DNA of 64,000 nucleotides from Octopus sinensis (Eukaryota), in the NCBI RefSeq assembly GCF_006345805.1, contig NC_043019.1, positions 22,505,360-22,569,359 on the forward strand, in the 5' to 3' direction. A program made the position numbers and the translations under genes. Below, in pieces: positions 12,759-27,560 of the stretch. The stretch's first letter is position 1; each line of letters starts with the position of its first letter. The notes beneath the pieces were generated by a model. It searched no databases. It had not been told where the DNA came from and worked only from the letters and a program-made list of their open reading frames with translations.

Positions 12759-14858
12759 ACACACATACATATGTGTGTGTGTGTGTGTATATATATATGT
12801 ATATATACGATGGGCTTCTTTCAGTTTCTGTTTACCAAATCCACTCACAAGGGTTTGGTCAGCCCAAGGCTATAGTAGAAGACACTCGCCCAAGGTGCCA
12901 CACACTGGGACTGAAGCTGGAACCATGTGGTTGGGAAGCAAGCTTCTTACCACACAACCACACCTGTGTCTTCACATATTTTTTTGAACCTTGATTGGAA
13001 ATAAGTAGGTTTCACCTTAGCTTAACTACCACCTTTAGGTTTGATATCATCATCATGTAACATACATTTTTCATGTTGGCATGGGTGGGATGGCTTAACA
13101 GGAACTGGCAAGGCCAAGGGCTACACCAGTTTCATAGTTTGCTTTTGCTTGGCTTCTACAGCTGGATGCCCCTTCTTAATGCTAACCACTTCACAAAGTG
13201 TACTGGGTGGTTTTCACGTGACACCAGCATCAGTGTTTTTACATGGCACCAGCACCCACGCCAATGTTTTTCTCTGTAGTACCTTGGTGTATGCATGTAT
13301 GTACATATAACTTATGTCTAGGTGTGTGTTTGTCTTTGTATCTGCATCTGTCATTCTCTCACATACACACACACTGACAACCCACACTTTTTTGTCTGTC
13401 AATCTTCCAAATAGCTACAGATGTTTCTTTGTAGTGACCTCATCTGCCATTCTCTCTATTGAAAGTTCCCTGCCGATGGAAGGGTGGCAACATGTGCAGA
13501 CCTAACCAGTTGAAAGCGTACAGTAAGTTACAACTTTCATCTGTTGCCTATTCTTCAAAACATGGAAGTCTGCAGTGGGTCTGAATAATCATCTGAGGGG
13601 TCAAGGACGGAAAGTCAGAAATGCCATTGACAAGGGAGCATAAGCATAAGATGATGGTAATACTTGTTTTCAACCACCATATGATGTCAAGACAAGGAGA
13701 CAGTAATACATAAGTGACCATGCAGTGGGATTGATCCCAAACCATGTGGTTGGGAAGCAAACTTCTTAACCACACAGCCACTACCTAACATTTTTTTTTT
13801 TCTGATATTTGAAATAACTGTTTCAAATTTTGGCAGCAGACAAGCAGTTTTAAGACGAGGAGAGGGCGAGTCAGTGCCATCAACTCCAGGACTTAAATGG
13901 CACTTTATTGTTATTGGCACTTGAAAAGATGAAACACAAAGTTGGCGTCACCAAGATTTTTATGCAGAATACAAAATATTGGAAGAAATTCCACCCTTAT
14001 AATATAATGATGATAATAATAATAATGAGATGATTTCAAATTTTGGCACAACGCCAGCAATTTTGGGGGAGGGGTTAAGTCAATTTCATCAACCCCAGTA
14101 CTCAACTAGTATCTATTTTATCAACCCCGAAGTGATGAAAAGCAAAGTGACCTCGGTGGAATTTGAACTCAGAACATACAGACAGATGAAATGCTGCAAA
14201 GTGTTTTGCCTAGTGCAGTAATAATTCCACCAGCTCACTGCCATAATAACAATAATAATAATAATGATAATAACATTAATAATAATAAATCCTGATTCCA
14301 TCTTGTATGACATCACTTATTGTTTCAAAAGATTAATCAAAATGATAATAGAATTTGGTCAGCTTTTCAATGATATATATGTATGTGTGTGTGTGTGTGT
14401 ATACAGTACTTATGTATGTAAATAAATAAATAATTCATAGTGGTACTGATAATTATTTTACTTTATCATACAAGACAAATTAGGGAAAGTGTTCTGCAAA
14501 TGAAAGAAACCAAAATGGGGAAAAAAAGAAAAAAAAAGTAAGAAATTAAAGGTGAGAGAATGAGAAAGAGAGAGAGGGTGAGAGGGAGAGAGTGAGGCAC
14601 TAAAAGACGAAGCCTAGTCAGATATAGATAATATAGGCACACTCACACACAATCAAAACAACAAAGAGTACAATACATATATGTACATGATTATCATTAT
14701 ACATCATCACATATATGCATACATACATATATATGCATAATTACATACATTATATATATATAAACACATACATACATGTGTATATATATATATATATATA
14801 TATACATACATACATGCATGTATGTATATGTAGATATATATATATATATATATATGAG

Positions 14859-14892
<34 letters not shown>

Positions 14893-14980
14893 ATATATAC
14901 ATATACATACATATATGTATATATATATATATGTACGTATATATGTATACACACACATATATATATATACATATATACAT

Positions 14981-15029
<49 letters not shown>

Positions 15030-16211
15030 CGCAGGAGTGGCTGTGTGGTAAGTAGCTTGCTAACCAACCACATGGTTCCGGGTTCAGTCCCACTGCGTGG
15101 CATCTTGGGCAAGTGTCTTCTGCTATAGCCCTGGGCCGACCAATGCCTTGTGAGTGGATTTGGTAGACGGAAACTGAAAGAAACCTGTCGTATATATGTA
15201 TATATATGTATGGGTGTGTGTGTATATGTTTGTGTTTGTCCCCCTAGCATTGCTTGACAACCAATGCTGGTGTGTTTACGTCCCCGTCACTTAGCGGTTC
15301 GGCAAAAGAGACCGATAGAATAAGTACTGGGCTTACAAAGAATAAGTCCCGGGGTCGATTTGCTCGACTAAAGGCGGTGCTCCAGCATGGCCGCAGTAAA
15401 ATGACTGAAACAAGTAAAAGAGTAAAGAGAGTATGTATATATATATATATACACATATGTGAATAAACACCCACACATTAAGCTAATGTTAGCATCTCTC
15501 AAAAAGACCAACTAAATTCCAATCAGTTTTTGACAAATTATGACACAGACCAATTGCCAACAAACACCACCACCACCACTAACACCATGGCTACCGTGAT
15601 CCCCACTACCTGCACCACCACTACCACCACCACTACCAAACCATTCCTAACCTATCACTGAAAACAAAAGCAAGTTGAACTAACAACTCTCATAATTATA
15701 AAGAAATGAATAATTCAACGAATAAGTGCAAGTATGGCTCATCAATTCATGACATCAATGGAGTCAAACCTGCCGTACTTTGCCATGAATCATTATAATT
15801 CCATTTTTTATTTTGTGTGTGTGTGTGCACATGCTTGTGTGTGAGTGTAAATATATATGTTACGTATGGCATGGCTGTGTAAAGATGCTTGTTTTCCAAC
15901 CATGTAATTTAGAATTCTGTCCGACTGTGCAGCATCTTGCACAAGTGTCTTCTACTACACCTCCAGGCTAACCGAAGCCCTATGAGTGGATCTGGTAGAT
16001 GGAAACTGTCTGGAAGCCCAATATATTTATAACATATATACACGAGGCTGAGTTTAAAAATCTTTCGGATTTTCACTAATGTGTTTTTGGCAACCTGTAT
16101 CTCCATGTTCAGTTATTGATTTGATGCAACTTGTTGTCCAATCATTGTTCAATTCTTCATTCTCATAATAACATATAAACATTATTTATTCTTTATTTTA
16201 CAACCTTAATA

Positions 16212-16540
16212 ATGTGTGGTGAAAAAGTTGCTATTAGATTCGCTTAATACTACTGGTAGAAAAAAAAGGACCAAATGCAAGGGCGGTGGTAAAAGAAATT
16301 AATGGTGTGGAAGGCCCAGGAACTATCAACAAAAATGTAGCGCAAAACTGGTTCAGATGTTTTAAGGAAGGTGACACTAGCCTTAAAGACAAACCAAGGT
16401 CAGGACGGCTCTTCTATTGTGGGAGATGAAGCGTTGCTTGAAATGATTGAACATCCAAGCACAAGCACTCATAGATTATTGGTAGAACTTGGTCCTTCAC
16501 AAAGCACCAGCAATCAATGCTTCCATAAGCTTGGCTTTGT
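16212..16540 (+). mobile_element. Mariner transposase N-terminal remnant
   Basis: Frame reads VKEINGVEGPGTINKNVAQNWFRCFKEGDTSLKDKPRSGR (mariner HTH motif WF.RF..G...L.D.PRSGR), with stops upstream and truncation downstream. Confidence 0.8.
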
Positions 16541-16636
16541 GAACGTTTTTTTTTAAATACTTAATAACGTTCTGTTTATCATTTATGCAGTCATTGTAAT
16601 TGTTAGAATATCTTGTTGTTGAGATAGGCTCTCTTT

Positions 16637-16719
16637 CTTTCCTGATGAGAAGATTGCATTTTACACCGTTTATTCCTTTGGAATAAAACCAATGTTGTCT
16701 TTGAAACATATGTCGAAAG
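16637..16719 (+). ncRNA. Type I hammerhead ribozyme motif with long stem II
   Basis: CTTTC-CTGATGA(16642-48)-54 nt stem II hairpin-GAAA(16703-06)-C ATAT G-TC|GAAAG. Stem I CTTTC/GAAAG is perfect, the stem III loop is palindromic, GUC cleavage triplet ends at 16714. The first stem II pair is G-U rather than G-C. Confidence 0.85.
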
Positions 16720-19700
16720 TAAAAGAATTTGAATAACATCTGTTTACTTATACTACACAAATTACTGCACATTAACCCGGAGTTTCTACCTTTGAATAGG
16801 TCGCTTCATCCGTGTTACTTGCGTGAATTTTGCAACCCTGGTAACTGTTTATTGAATTTTCCATGTTAACGGTAAACAAAGGATAATTCATTAATCCATT
16901 TATATATGTATATATATATATATATAAACAGAGGTATACAACGACAGGCTTCTTTCAGTTTCTGCCTACAAATCCATTCCCTAGGCTTTTACCCGCCCAG
17001 TACTATTGTAGAAGACAGTTGCCCAAGGTGGCACACACTGGGATTAAACCCAAAACTATGTGGTTTAAAAGAGAACTTCTTAACTACACAGCCATGTGAA
17101 AGAGCTTATGTCCCCATAACGTAGTGGTTCAGCAAAAATGATCAGAGTAAGTACCAGGCTTTAAAAAAAAAAAAGTACTCTTCAAGGCAATGCCCCAGTA
17201 TGGCCACAGTCCAATGGCTGAGACAAGTGAAAGATAAAAGACAACCGATTAAAAAATTTTGACAGCTGAGCAACCTCGTCAAAGATTTTTGCAATTAAAC
17301 TCTCTTTATACGTATGCATACATTTGTATATCTGTATACACACACACACACACACATGCACATGCACACACACACACATCTGTATGTGTGATAATAAATG
17401 TAGAATGAAAAGTAAGACCATAACCAAACATGTGACTAATATTAAAAAGACTAAATGGCACCAGCTATAAATATCTCTCCTACAGCATGAAAACAAATGG
17501 ATAACTTATGAGGTTGAAATCTGAAGATACAGTGCATGCCTGAATACATATGTATAAGCAAACATACACACACACACATACTCTTTTACTCTTTTACTTG
17601 TTTCAGTCATTTGACTGTGGCTATGCTGGAGCACCGCCTTTAGTCGAGCAAATTGACTCCAGGACTAATTCTTTGTAAGCCTAGTACTTATTCTGTCGGT
17701 CTCTTTTGCCGAACCACTAAGTTACGGGGACGTAACACACCAGCATCGGTTGTCAAGCGATGTCGGTGGGGGACAAACACAGACACACAAACGTAGACAC
17801 ACACACACACACATATACATACATACACACATATATATATATGTATATACATATATATGGCGGGTTTCTTTCAGTTTCCGTCTACCAAATCCACTCACAA
17901 GGCTTTGGTCGGCCCGAAGCAATAATAGAAGACATTTGCCTAAGGTGCAATGCAGTGGGACAGAACCTGGAACCATGTGGTTGGTAAGCAAGCTACTTAC
18001 CACACAGCCACTCCTATGTTCATATATATATTAACACATACATACACATGTATACATGAATACATATACACATGCATATATATGTTTGTGTGTGTACGTG
18101 TGCGTATGTGTGTATCGTGAATGTGTGCAGACACACACAAAGATGTATATAGATATAGATATAAATATGGTTGTGTGGTTAAGGCGCTTGCTATGCGACC
18201 ACATGGTTTCAGGTTCAGTCCCACTGCACAGCACATTGGGCAAGAGTCTTCAATTCAATGCCAGCAAGACCTGGAAAAAGAAGGCCTTCCATTATGGAAA
18301 CAATTTGGTGCAGTAAAATCCAAAAGTAAGGTGCAAAGGCAGAGCTGAAAAAGCAGAGATCCAAGAGGAGAGAAGCAGAAATGACAACCCAGGGTTGAGA
18401 GAACAGCACAGAAAAATTGCTGATGACCTATGCTCCATAGGAAGCAAAGGACTTAAGTTCACAACTGTGTGGTCACCTCATATTGGAATACAAGGATGGG
18501 AAGACAATTACAACATTGGAAAATTGTAGCCTACTTCATTTCAACGCACAAACATCATCATCATCATCATCATTTAACCTCCAGTTTCCATGCTGGCATG
18601 GGTTAGAACTGGCAAAAGCAGGGATCACACTAGCTTCCATAGTCTGTTTTAGCTTGGTTTCTATGGTCAGATGTCCTCTCTAACGCCAACCACTTTACAG
18701 AGTGTACTGGGTGCTTTTAACATGGCACCACCAACAGGGCTTTTTATATAGCACTATCACTAATGCTTTTTACATGGCACCAACATTAATGCTTTTTACG
18801 TGGCACTTTGGTTTTAGAATATCACATGTACTCACAAATGCACAAATATACACAATTTATTCAGATTTTTAAAGTTTGGCATAATAATATAATCTTTGAA
18901 AACAATCCATTCAGTCTTTTAGAGAAAACAGGTCTCTTAAGAATTCCGCTTCTGTTTTTTTTTTCCTTCTCTTCCATTCTCACCCTCCTTAAAGAAATTG
19001 GCTGCTGTGGTAGTGGTGGTAGGACGGGGAGAGAGTGATTGAATGGAACAATTTCACTTTCAGAGAATTTGACAATCAAAATGTCAAGGACATTTCCTGA
19101 CATTGTTGACTTCTAGTCAATTCATCCTACCACACCACAACTAACAGCTTAAAATGGATTCAACTGTTTTTCGATGAAATTGATACCAAGATTTATTAGA
19201 AATTAAAGAAAATTCAGAATATAAGAATACCAGACATAGATATACACGACACATACACATGTTCATTAAACATACATATGTGTAATAAGAAGTTTGCTTC
19301 CCAACCACATTGTTCCGGGTTCAGTCCCACTGTGTAGCACCTTGGGCAAGTGTCTTCTACTATAGCCTTGGGCCAACCAAAGCTTTGTGAGTGGATTTGG
19401 TAAATGGTAACTAGAAGCCCATATGTGCATTTGTGTGTATGTGACAACTGGTTTTGGTGTGTTTACATCTCTGTAACTTAGCAGTTTAGCAAAAGAGATC
19501 AATAGAATAAGTACCAGACTTTAAAAAAAAATAAAAATTCATCAAGGCAGTGCCCCAGCATGGTCTCAATCTAATGACCAAAACTAGTAAAAGATAAAAG
19601 ATATATTTTTTTTATTAATATTTAGCATAAGCAACAGTGACTCAGGGGCCAAGAAATTTATGTGTTAGCACTTACCAAACTAGTCACAAATCAATGTGTT

Positions 19701-19911
19701 GTAAATTTATACACTGGTGATATTGGTATCTCCCTGGAGAGTTCTGGAACAAATAAAAACTTACAATTTGTTCCAGAGCTATCCAGGGAAATACCATTAT
19801 CACTGGTATATAAATTTTTAATCCCCTTGATTTGTGACTAGTTTGGTAAGTGCTAATCTAAATATATGTCTTGAGTTCTAGTTTTCCTGTTGACATTATC
19901 AAATCTCTCTC

Positions 19912-19955
<44 letters not shown>

Positions 19956-19966
19956 AACATATAAGC

Positions 19967-20362
19967 AGGATGACCACTACATGGACATCCATTATGCTAG
20001 AAGTAGATCCGCCATGGTCTTAGCACTAAGAAAGGAATGTTCTCAAGAAAATTTAGCAAAAAAAAAAAAACTTGCGTAAGTGTTAATAGTGAAACTAGTT
20101 TATGATTAATCTATATTTTGTTTCTTTTCATTTGTCTTGCTTACTTACATTCTGGCATTTGCTAAATTTTCTTGAGAACATTCCTTTCTTAGTGGTAAGA
20201 CCATAGTGGATCTACTTCTAGCATAATGGATGTCCACGTAGTGGTCATCCTTCCTCTATGTATGTAATATAATTTTTCTGAATCTTCAGATTTTAATATG
20301 CTAGACCACTGGTTTTAAATTGATATTAATCAAATTAATATTCAATTTTTCACCCTTATTTT
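19967..20362. mobile_element. Inverted-repeat plus tail insertion in (TA)n, same layout as the hammerhead elements
   Basis: 94 bp inverted arms 19967-20060 and 20158-20251, unique tail to about 20362, TA tracts on both sides. Only a possible half motif GAAACTAGTT at 20091-20100; no CUGANGA upstream. Confidence 0.5.
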
Positions 20363-22207
20363 ATATATATATATAACGTAAACACACCAGCATTGGTTGT
20401 CAAGCGATGTTGGGGGGACAAACACAGACACACAAATACACACACACACACACACACACATATGACGGGCTTCTTTCAGTTTTCCATCTACCAAATCCAC
20501 TCACAAGGCTTTGGTCGGCCTGAGGCTATAGTAGAAGACACTTGCTCAAGGTACCACACAGTGGGACTGAACCTAGAACCATGTAGCTGGTAAGCAAGCT
20601 ACTTACCACGCAGCCACTCCTGCGCCTATAATATATTTACATATATATATAAATATACAAATATATATGACGGACTCTCCTGTCAAAGATGAGACATAAG
20701 TGTTCAGCTTTTGTCAAATGACCTGCACAAATGATTAGTTTATAGTGATTAAATGTATGTGCTGCACATCAGCTCACTCCCTTCCTCAGATGAGCATTGC
20801 CTGAACAGGTGCACGGTGTACCATGTGTCAGGTGTCAAAGTGATCGTAGAGCAACATGGGATGAAATGTTTTGCTCATCAACACAATACACCACCCGGTC
20901 TAGGAATTGAAACCATAATTTTGCAATTGTGAGTGCAACCCCCTAACCACTAGGCCATATGTGTATGTACATATATATATATATATATATATAGATAGAT
21001 AGATAGATACATACATACATACATACATACATACATACACACACATCTATATATGAGTATATAGATGTGTGTGTATATATGTATATATATATCACCGTGA
21101 TCACCGTGACCGACCAGGCTATCAGATGTTGCTACACATCGCTGGTCACAATGCGCTTCACATTGTTTTAGCCTTCAAATGACGCCACCCCGCTGGCTAA
21201 GTGAGCAGGCCAACAGAAGAAAGAGTGAGAGAAAGTTTTGGTGAAAGAGTACAGCAGGGATCGCCACAACCCCCTACCGGAGCCTTGTGGAGCTTTAGGT
21301 ATAGTTTTTGCTCAATAAACACTGACAATGCCTGGTCTGGGAATCGAAACCGCGATCCGACGACCACGAGTCCACTACCCTAACCACTGGGCCATTGTGC
21401 CTCCACATGTGTATATATATATATATATATATATTAGGAAAGGGAAAAGGAATTCATGAGATTCTTTCTTTATCACTATGACTGTTTCAACCCATCATGT
21501 ATCAGTTCCTAATGGGTGGGATTCTGTACAAATAATTGTAGTATATCATTCAGTGAAGATGTCTTGTCAGGTGACTTGTCAGAGGATAACTCATTGTTCA
21601 AGCCTTTAGCATTTAAAGCAGCCACATCCAGCCTAAATATTCTGTTTTATGCTCAAACTGACCAGATCTGGCTTCTCACACCTGCCCTACAATTTCATTC
21701 TAAAAATATACAACCATGTCATTGAAATCTCAAAGCTACAAGATAATGCATGATTAATTCAGAACAATATGACTGATAAAGCATTACATTTGACAGAATA
21801 ATTTGAATGTTGAAGGGTTAATCTCTGTCTCGCTTCTTTCAATTAGAATACATTTTGGTATTTGCCTGTAGCTGGTGACATACAGGAGAAGCATGATTTA
21901 GAATGAAGAACAGTTCTCTTATAGATAATATGCTTATATATATGTGTGTGTGTTTGTGTGTGTATGTATGTGTGTATACGCACACACACACACACGTACA
22001 CACACATATATGCAAAAATGCATACAAACATTATATCCATCAAACACGCATAATTTAAAAAACATACATCCATCCATGCATATATACATACGTATCTATA
22101 TACATATATAATTACATAGATATTATATACATAAACTCATATATATAACATGTATACATATATTCATATCTATATAAATACATATTTATCTTGATACATA
22201 CATGTGA

Positions 22208-22248
<41 letters not shown>

Positions 22249-22900
22249 TACATGTGAGTGTGTGTGTATATATATATACACACACACATTCATACATGCT
22301 ACATATGATACATGCATACAGACTTACACACAAACTACTTACAAGTTAATATAAATGTGTTATATCTTCAAATTTATACCAAAACAAAAAAAAAAGAGGA
22401 AAAAGAAAAAAAAATGGAAAAAAAATAAAGATTAAAAAGAAAGCAAAAAAGATTTCTTCAGATATTTGCAAGACAGAAATGGTAGATATTAACAAATTGC
22501 ATTTATAGGTGAAGGGTACTTAATAAAATATAAGTCTTTCCATTGAATAAAAGATAACCATTATAGTAGAAATTTTGCAAGAAGTTTCTAGATCTAAAAA
22601 CTTATTGAATGAACTTTTTCCATGAAATAGAAATTTTTTTTATGAAGAAAGAAATTCTGAAAAAGCATTTCAAAAAAGTAGTTCTTCTATATTTTAATAA
22701 CTGCTTTTACAAAGATTATGATATATTCTTAAACTATGTCCTAATAAAACTCTTGGTTATTCAGATAGATATCACCATTTAATGTATCTTCCATGCTGGC
22801 ATGGGTTGGACAGTTTGACAGAATCTGATTAGTTGTATGTATGGTGCTCCAATATCTGCTTTGGAATGGCTCCTACAGGATGCCTTCTGAGCAGAAAGCA

Positions 22901-23276
22901 CATCATCATCATCATTGTTCGACCGTGGTCGAGACAATGGAATTTACCATGCTACGCCAGACTTCACGGTCCATCATGGCATTACGGAGGTCCTGTTGCT
23001 GGATGCCTGTATCCCTGGAGATTACATCAGGGTAGGAGAGTGTGCGCCGTCTGGTATTGCGAGTAGATGGTTTCCAGAGGAGAAGAGTAGAAATTACTTC
23101 TTTTTCAGCTCTACAACAATGTCCAGCAAACAGGACTCTCCTACCTTTCACAAGAGATGACACAGGTGGTAGTTTCCCATATATTTGCATTTTGGTTGGA
23201 TGGCGCCTCCACGAGAGATTTTGAGCTCTCATAAGGAGGCGAGTGTAGGTTCCATCCAACCACCTCTCAAGCTTCT
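22901..23276 (-). mobile_element. 5'-truncated RTE-clade LINE 3' end
   Basis: ORF 22912-23259 LDGTYTRLLMRAQNLSW..H.T...IYG.LPP.S.....RR..FAGHC.R...LLLW.P....DREVWR matches the RTE/RTE-X C-terminal region; (ATG)n tail directly after the stop. Confidence 0.85.
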
Positions 23277-26200
23277 GTTAAGTTTACCTATTTCTTTACT
23301 ACCCACAAGGGGCTAAACACAGAGGGGACAAACAAGGAGAGACAAGCAGATTAAGTCGATTATATCGACCCCAGTACGTAACTGGTACTTATTTAATCGA
23401 CCCCAAAAGCGTGAAAGGCAAAGTCGACCTCGGCGGAATTTGAACTCGGAATGTAACGACAGACAAAATACCACTAAGCATTTCGCCCGGCGTGCTAACA
23501 TTTGTGCCTTAACTCACAAGACTAAAGAGCCCTCTCAACCGAGTGGGAGTGTAGTAATAAGGGAGGCAGCTTGATGGTAGGTGTTGAGAGAAATAAGGAA
23601 TAAGAACAGGTTTCTTGCCATAGAGGAGATACAAGGCTACCTTGGATTACATATGGGTAGGTGAGAGCAGATAAAGAGAGATAAAGAAGGTGTTGATGAA
23701 GTGTCAGAATGTGCCCTCAATGTACAAGAAGGGGAACAGAAGATTTTTGGTGTGAATGGAAAGGCAGAATGTGGATAGTTTTGCAAGAGCATGTGGGGAG
23801 AGGGAAAAATATCTGGTAGCATAGAAAGAGTGATCAATGCAAAATGTGAGGGGAGAAGAATGATGTCAAGAATGAAGGATACACACACTCAGAGCAAGAT
23901 ATAAGTATATAAGCAGTGCAAAATTGGAATCAAATATTTAGATTTGATAAAGGGCTCTTCATGACACTCCAAAAAATAGTCCAACTAGAAAGGTTGTGCT
24001 TTTTTTTTCTTTTTTCTTTTGGACAAACAATTTTATTCCACTTTTAAACTATGTTGTTCTCTAGCCCCAGGTCAAGCAGATCTAGGATCAAAGCATTCAA
24101 GTTGTGACCACCCCATTTTCTTAGATATCTGGGACTGTAATTTCCAATCTTTTTGTAGAGATTTGGCTGCTGTTTTTTGCATGTGGAACAAGCATGCACA
24201 GGTCTCTTCATTAGTGCAGTGCATGTATGTATGTATGTATGTATGTATGTATGTATGTATGTATGTATGTATGTATGTATGTATGTATTATGTGTGTGTG
24301 TGTGTGTAGTACACGTGTATGTTTATATGAATGTAGAAAGGTATGTTTCTCTAAATGCCACTGTCTACACGTGTCTGTATGTACACCTGTACGTGTACAT
24401 CACCAAGTTTGTTTATTTGTCTATGTATGTATATGTCACTATGTACATACATATGCAACTGTGTGCACAGATGTTTATAGGTAAATAAATACATTTGTAG
24501 ATATGTAAACAGGAAAACTCTACACTTGAGCAAAAGCATAAATAAAAAAAAACAACAAACATAAATGTTACATTTCAAGAATTAATTATTTTTAAAGAAT
24601 GTCCAAGAATTCTTCATTTTCTTTCAATTTCTTTAACTTGCTTCAATTACTGAATTGTGACCAAGCTGGGGCATTACCTTGAAGGGTTTTTAGTCAAACA
24701 AATTAACCTTAGAATGTAAAAGCTGGACAAAATACCACCAAACATTTAGTTTGGCATGCTAATGACTTTTGTCAGCTTGCTGCCTTACCTATAATATTAA
24801 TAATCCTTTCTATTATTGGCAAAAGGTCTGAAATTTTGGAAGGAGGAGCCAGTCAATTTCACCGACCCCAGTGCTCAACAGGTATTTATTTTATTGACCC
24901 CAAAATAACAAAAGGTAAAGTTGACTTTGGTGGAATTTGAACTCAGAACATAAAGACAAATGAAACACTGCTAAGCATTTTGATCAGTGTGCTAACAATT
25001 CTGCCAGCTCATAGGCTTATTATGATGATGATGATGATGATGATGATGACGATGACGATGACGATGACGACGACGATTCCCTGATGCAGTACCAGGCAGT
25101 GGCTCTCGTGGCTCCTGATCTTAACTGATGGAAGGGTTATCATCTACATTGTTTTGTCTTGGTATAAAAGATGGGCTACAGCAAATATTCTGCTCAATAC
25201 CACAGATTTGCTTGTTTGACCTTAACCAGTTGAGCATGTCCCTTAGTGGCTGATGATATGTGCATCTCTGATCATGAGCAGAAGTAGTGGGGACATCATA
25301 GCCATGTGTTGAAAGGAATTCTTAGAGGTTTGGATAATTCACCTTTGGAAACATGGGTGGTTTGTTCAACATCCTTAAACAATCCTTATTCAGGGACCTT
25401 TTGAGCAGGATGGGCTACTCGACCACAAGAAAATTCTAACTGGGCCCCACCTGCAAGGTCATGCACTGTATATCTTGATATGAGATCACCATGTCGCGCA
25501 CATATGGTTGTGATGCATGTGCCTAGTGTACCCTTATCAGACGGGTATACTGGGCTTCATATATTTTACCCCAGTGTCACTTTGATGGCATGCACTGCTC
25601 TCTCACTCAATAATAATAATAATAATAATAATCCTTTCAACAAAAGCAGAAGGCCTAAAACTTTGTTGGGAGGGAGTAAATCAATTACATCACCCCTAGT
25701 ATATGACTGGTACTCATTTTATCAACTCCAAAAGGATGAAAGGTAAAGTTCACCTCAGTGGAATTTGAACTGAGAACATAAAGCACCAGAAGGACTACCG
25801 CTAAGCATCTGATCTGACGTGCAAACAATTTTGCCACCTTACTGACATAAAATAATAGTAGTAATAATAATCCTTTCCACTAAAGGCACAAGGCCTGAAA
25901 TTTGGGGGAAGGTGGTTTGTCGATTATATTGACCACAATATGTAACTGGTACTTTATTCTGTCAACACTGAAAAGTTGAAAGGCAAAGTCAACTGCACAG
26001 GAATTTGAACTCAAAACATAAGGATAGATAAAATGCCATAAGCATGGTGCCAGCTTGCTGCCTGATAATAAAGATTTATTTTATTTGCCACTTGAGTGAC
26101 AAATTTAGGGAATAATATATAGAGATATAAAGTGTAGGGAGTCACATAGAATGGAATGACTTGGTAGTGGTAGTAGTAGTAATAATAATAATGCCGACTA

Positions 26201-26494
26201 CAATTTAGTTTTATTTCTCATCTAAAGTGGAAAGGAAGTTGTGTATATAAAGATGTTGCCATTTGGTGGAAGAATAAACAAGAATTGCTTATTTCGTCAT
26301 TTCCTGTAGAGCTGGAGAAGAACTCGAAATACCAAAACACGTGGCACTAGAGATTGGGTGACGTTTTCATTTACACGTACACAAAAACATGGAATCAAGG
26401 CAAAAAAAAAAATGTCTGCAGAGAATTTATATATATTTCTTACTAAAGAAATAAAAGCCAAAGCCATAATTTGAAGAAATTCTCTGCAGACTTT

Positions 26495-26596
26495 TTATAT
26501 ATGTATATATGTATATTTCTTCCTTTTTATTTTTTTTGCAAGGATGGGGTTTAAAAAAACCAGGGTGTTATCTACGAAGAATACACCCATCCAGAG

Positions 26597-26629
<33 letters not shown>

Positions 26630-26639
26630 AGAGATAGAT

Positions 26640-26686
<47 letters not shown>

Positions 26687-27166
26687 AACATATATATACA
26701 TATATATATAAACACACACATATATACATGTATGTATATATGTGTACATGTATATATGTGTACATGTACATATATATATATGCATATATATATATACATA
26801 TATATATGCATATATATATATATATGCATATACACACACACATATATATATAGATATACATACATATAAATGTATATATATACACACACATATATATGCA
26901 TATATATATACATATGTATACATAAATATATACTTATATATGCATATATATATGTATATATATATATACATATATAAATATATATATATAAATATATACA
27001 CACACACATATATATACATAAATATATATATATATATATCATCATCATCATTTAGCGTCCGCTTTCCATGCTAGCATGGTTTGGACGGGTCAACTGGGGT
27101 CTGTGAAGCTCCAGTTGACCCGTCCAACCCATGCTAGCATGGAAAGCGGACGCTAAATGATGATGA

Positions 27167-27205
<39 letters not shown>

Positions 27206-27240
27206 CAGATATATAGACAAACCTAATACATGTATACATA

Positions 27241-27272
<32 letters not shown>

Positions 27273-27560
27273 CACACATATATATATGCATTTACATATA
27301 TATATATATATATATATACATATACATCATCATCATGACTTAATGTCATCTTTTCATGTTGGCATGGGTTGGATGGTATATATACATATATACACATATA
27401 AATATATATACATTCATACATATATATACACATATATATGTTTACATATACATATACACACAAGCATATATATATATATATATAATATATATACACACAC
27501 ATATATTTACACAAATACACACATATATAAGTGTATACACACACTCACACATACATATCA
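26495..27560. repeat. Compound (TA)/(CA) microsatellite field
   Basis: Direct reading. Similar fields at 14700-15026, 22080-22330, 28380-28690, 55640-55830; also (AAT)n, (GAT)n, (TAG)n and (TATG)n runs elsewhere. Confidence 0.95.

Noticed and set aside
21470-21556. Minus-strand CTGAATGA...GAAACAGTC as a hammerhead
   Set aside because: Insertion in the CUGANGA box and a collapsed stem III; cannot be supported.
26305-26352. CTGGAGA...CAAAACACGTGGC as a hammerhead
   Set aside because: Needs three core substitutions and the stems are unconvincing.
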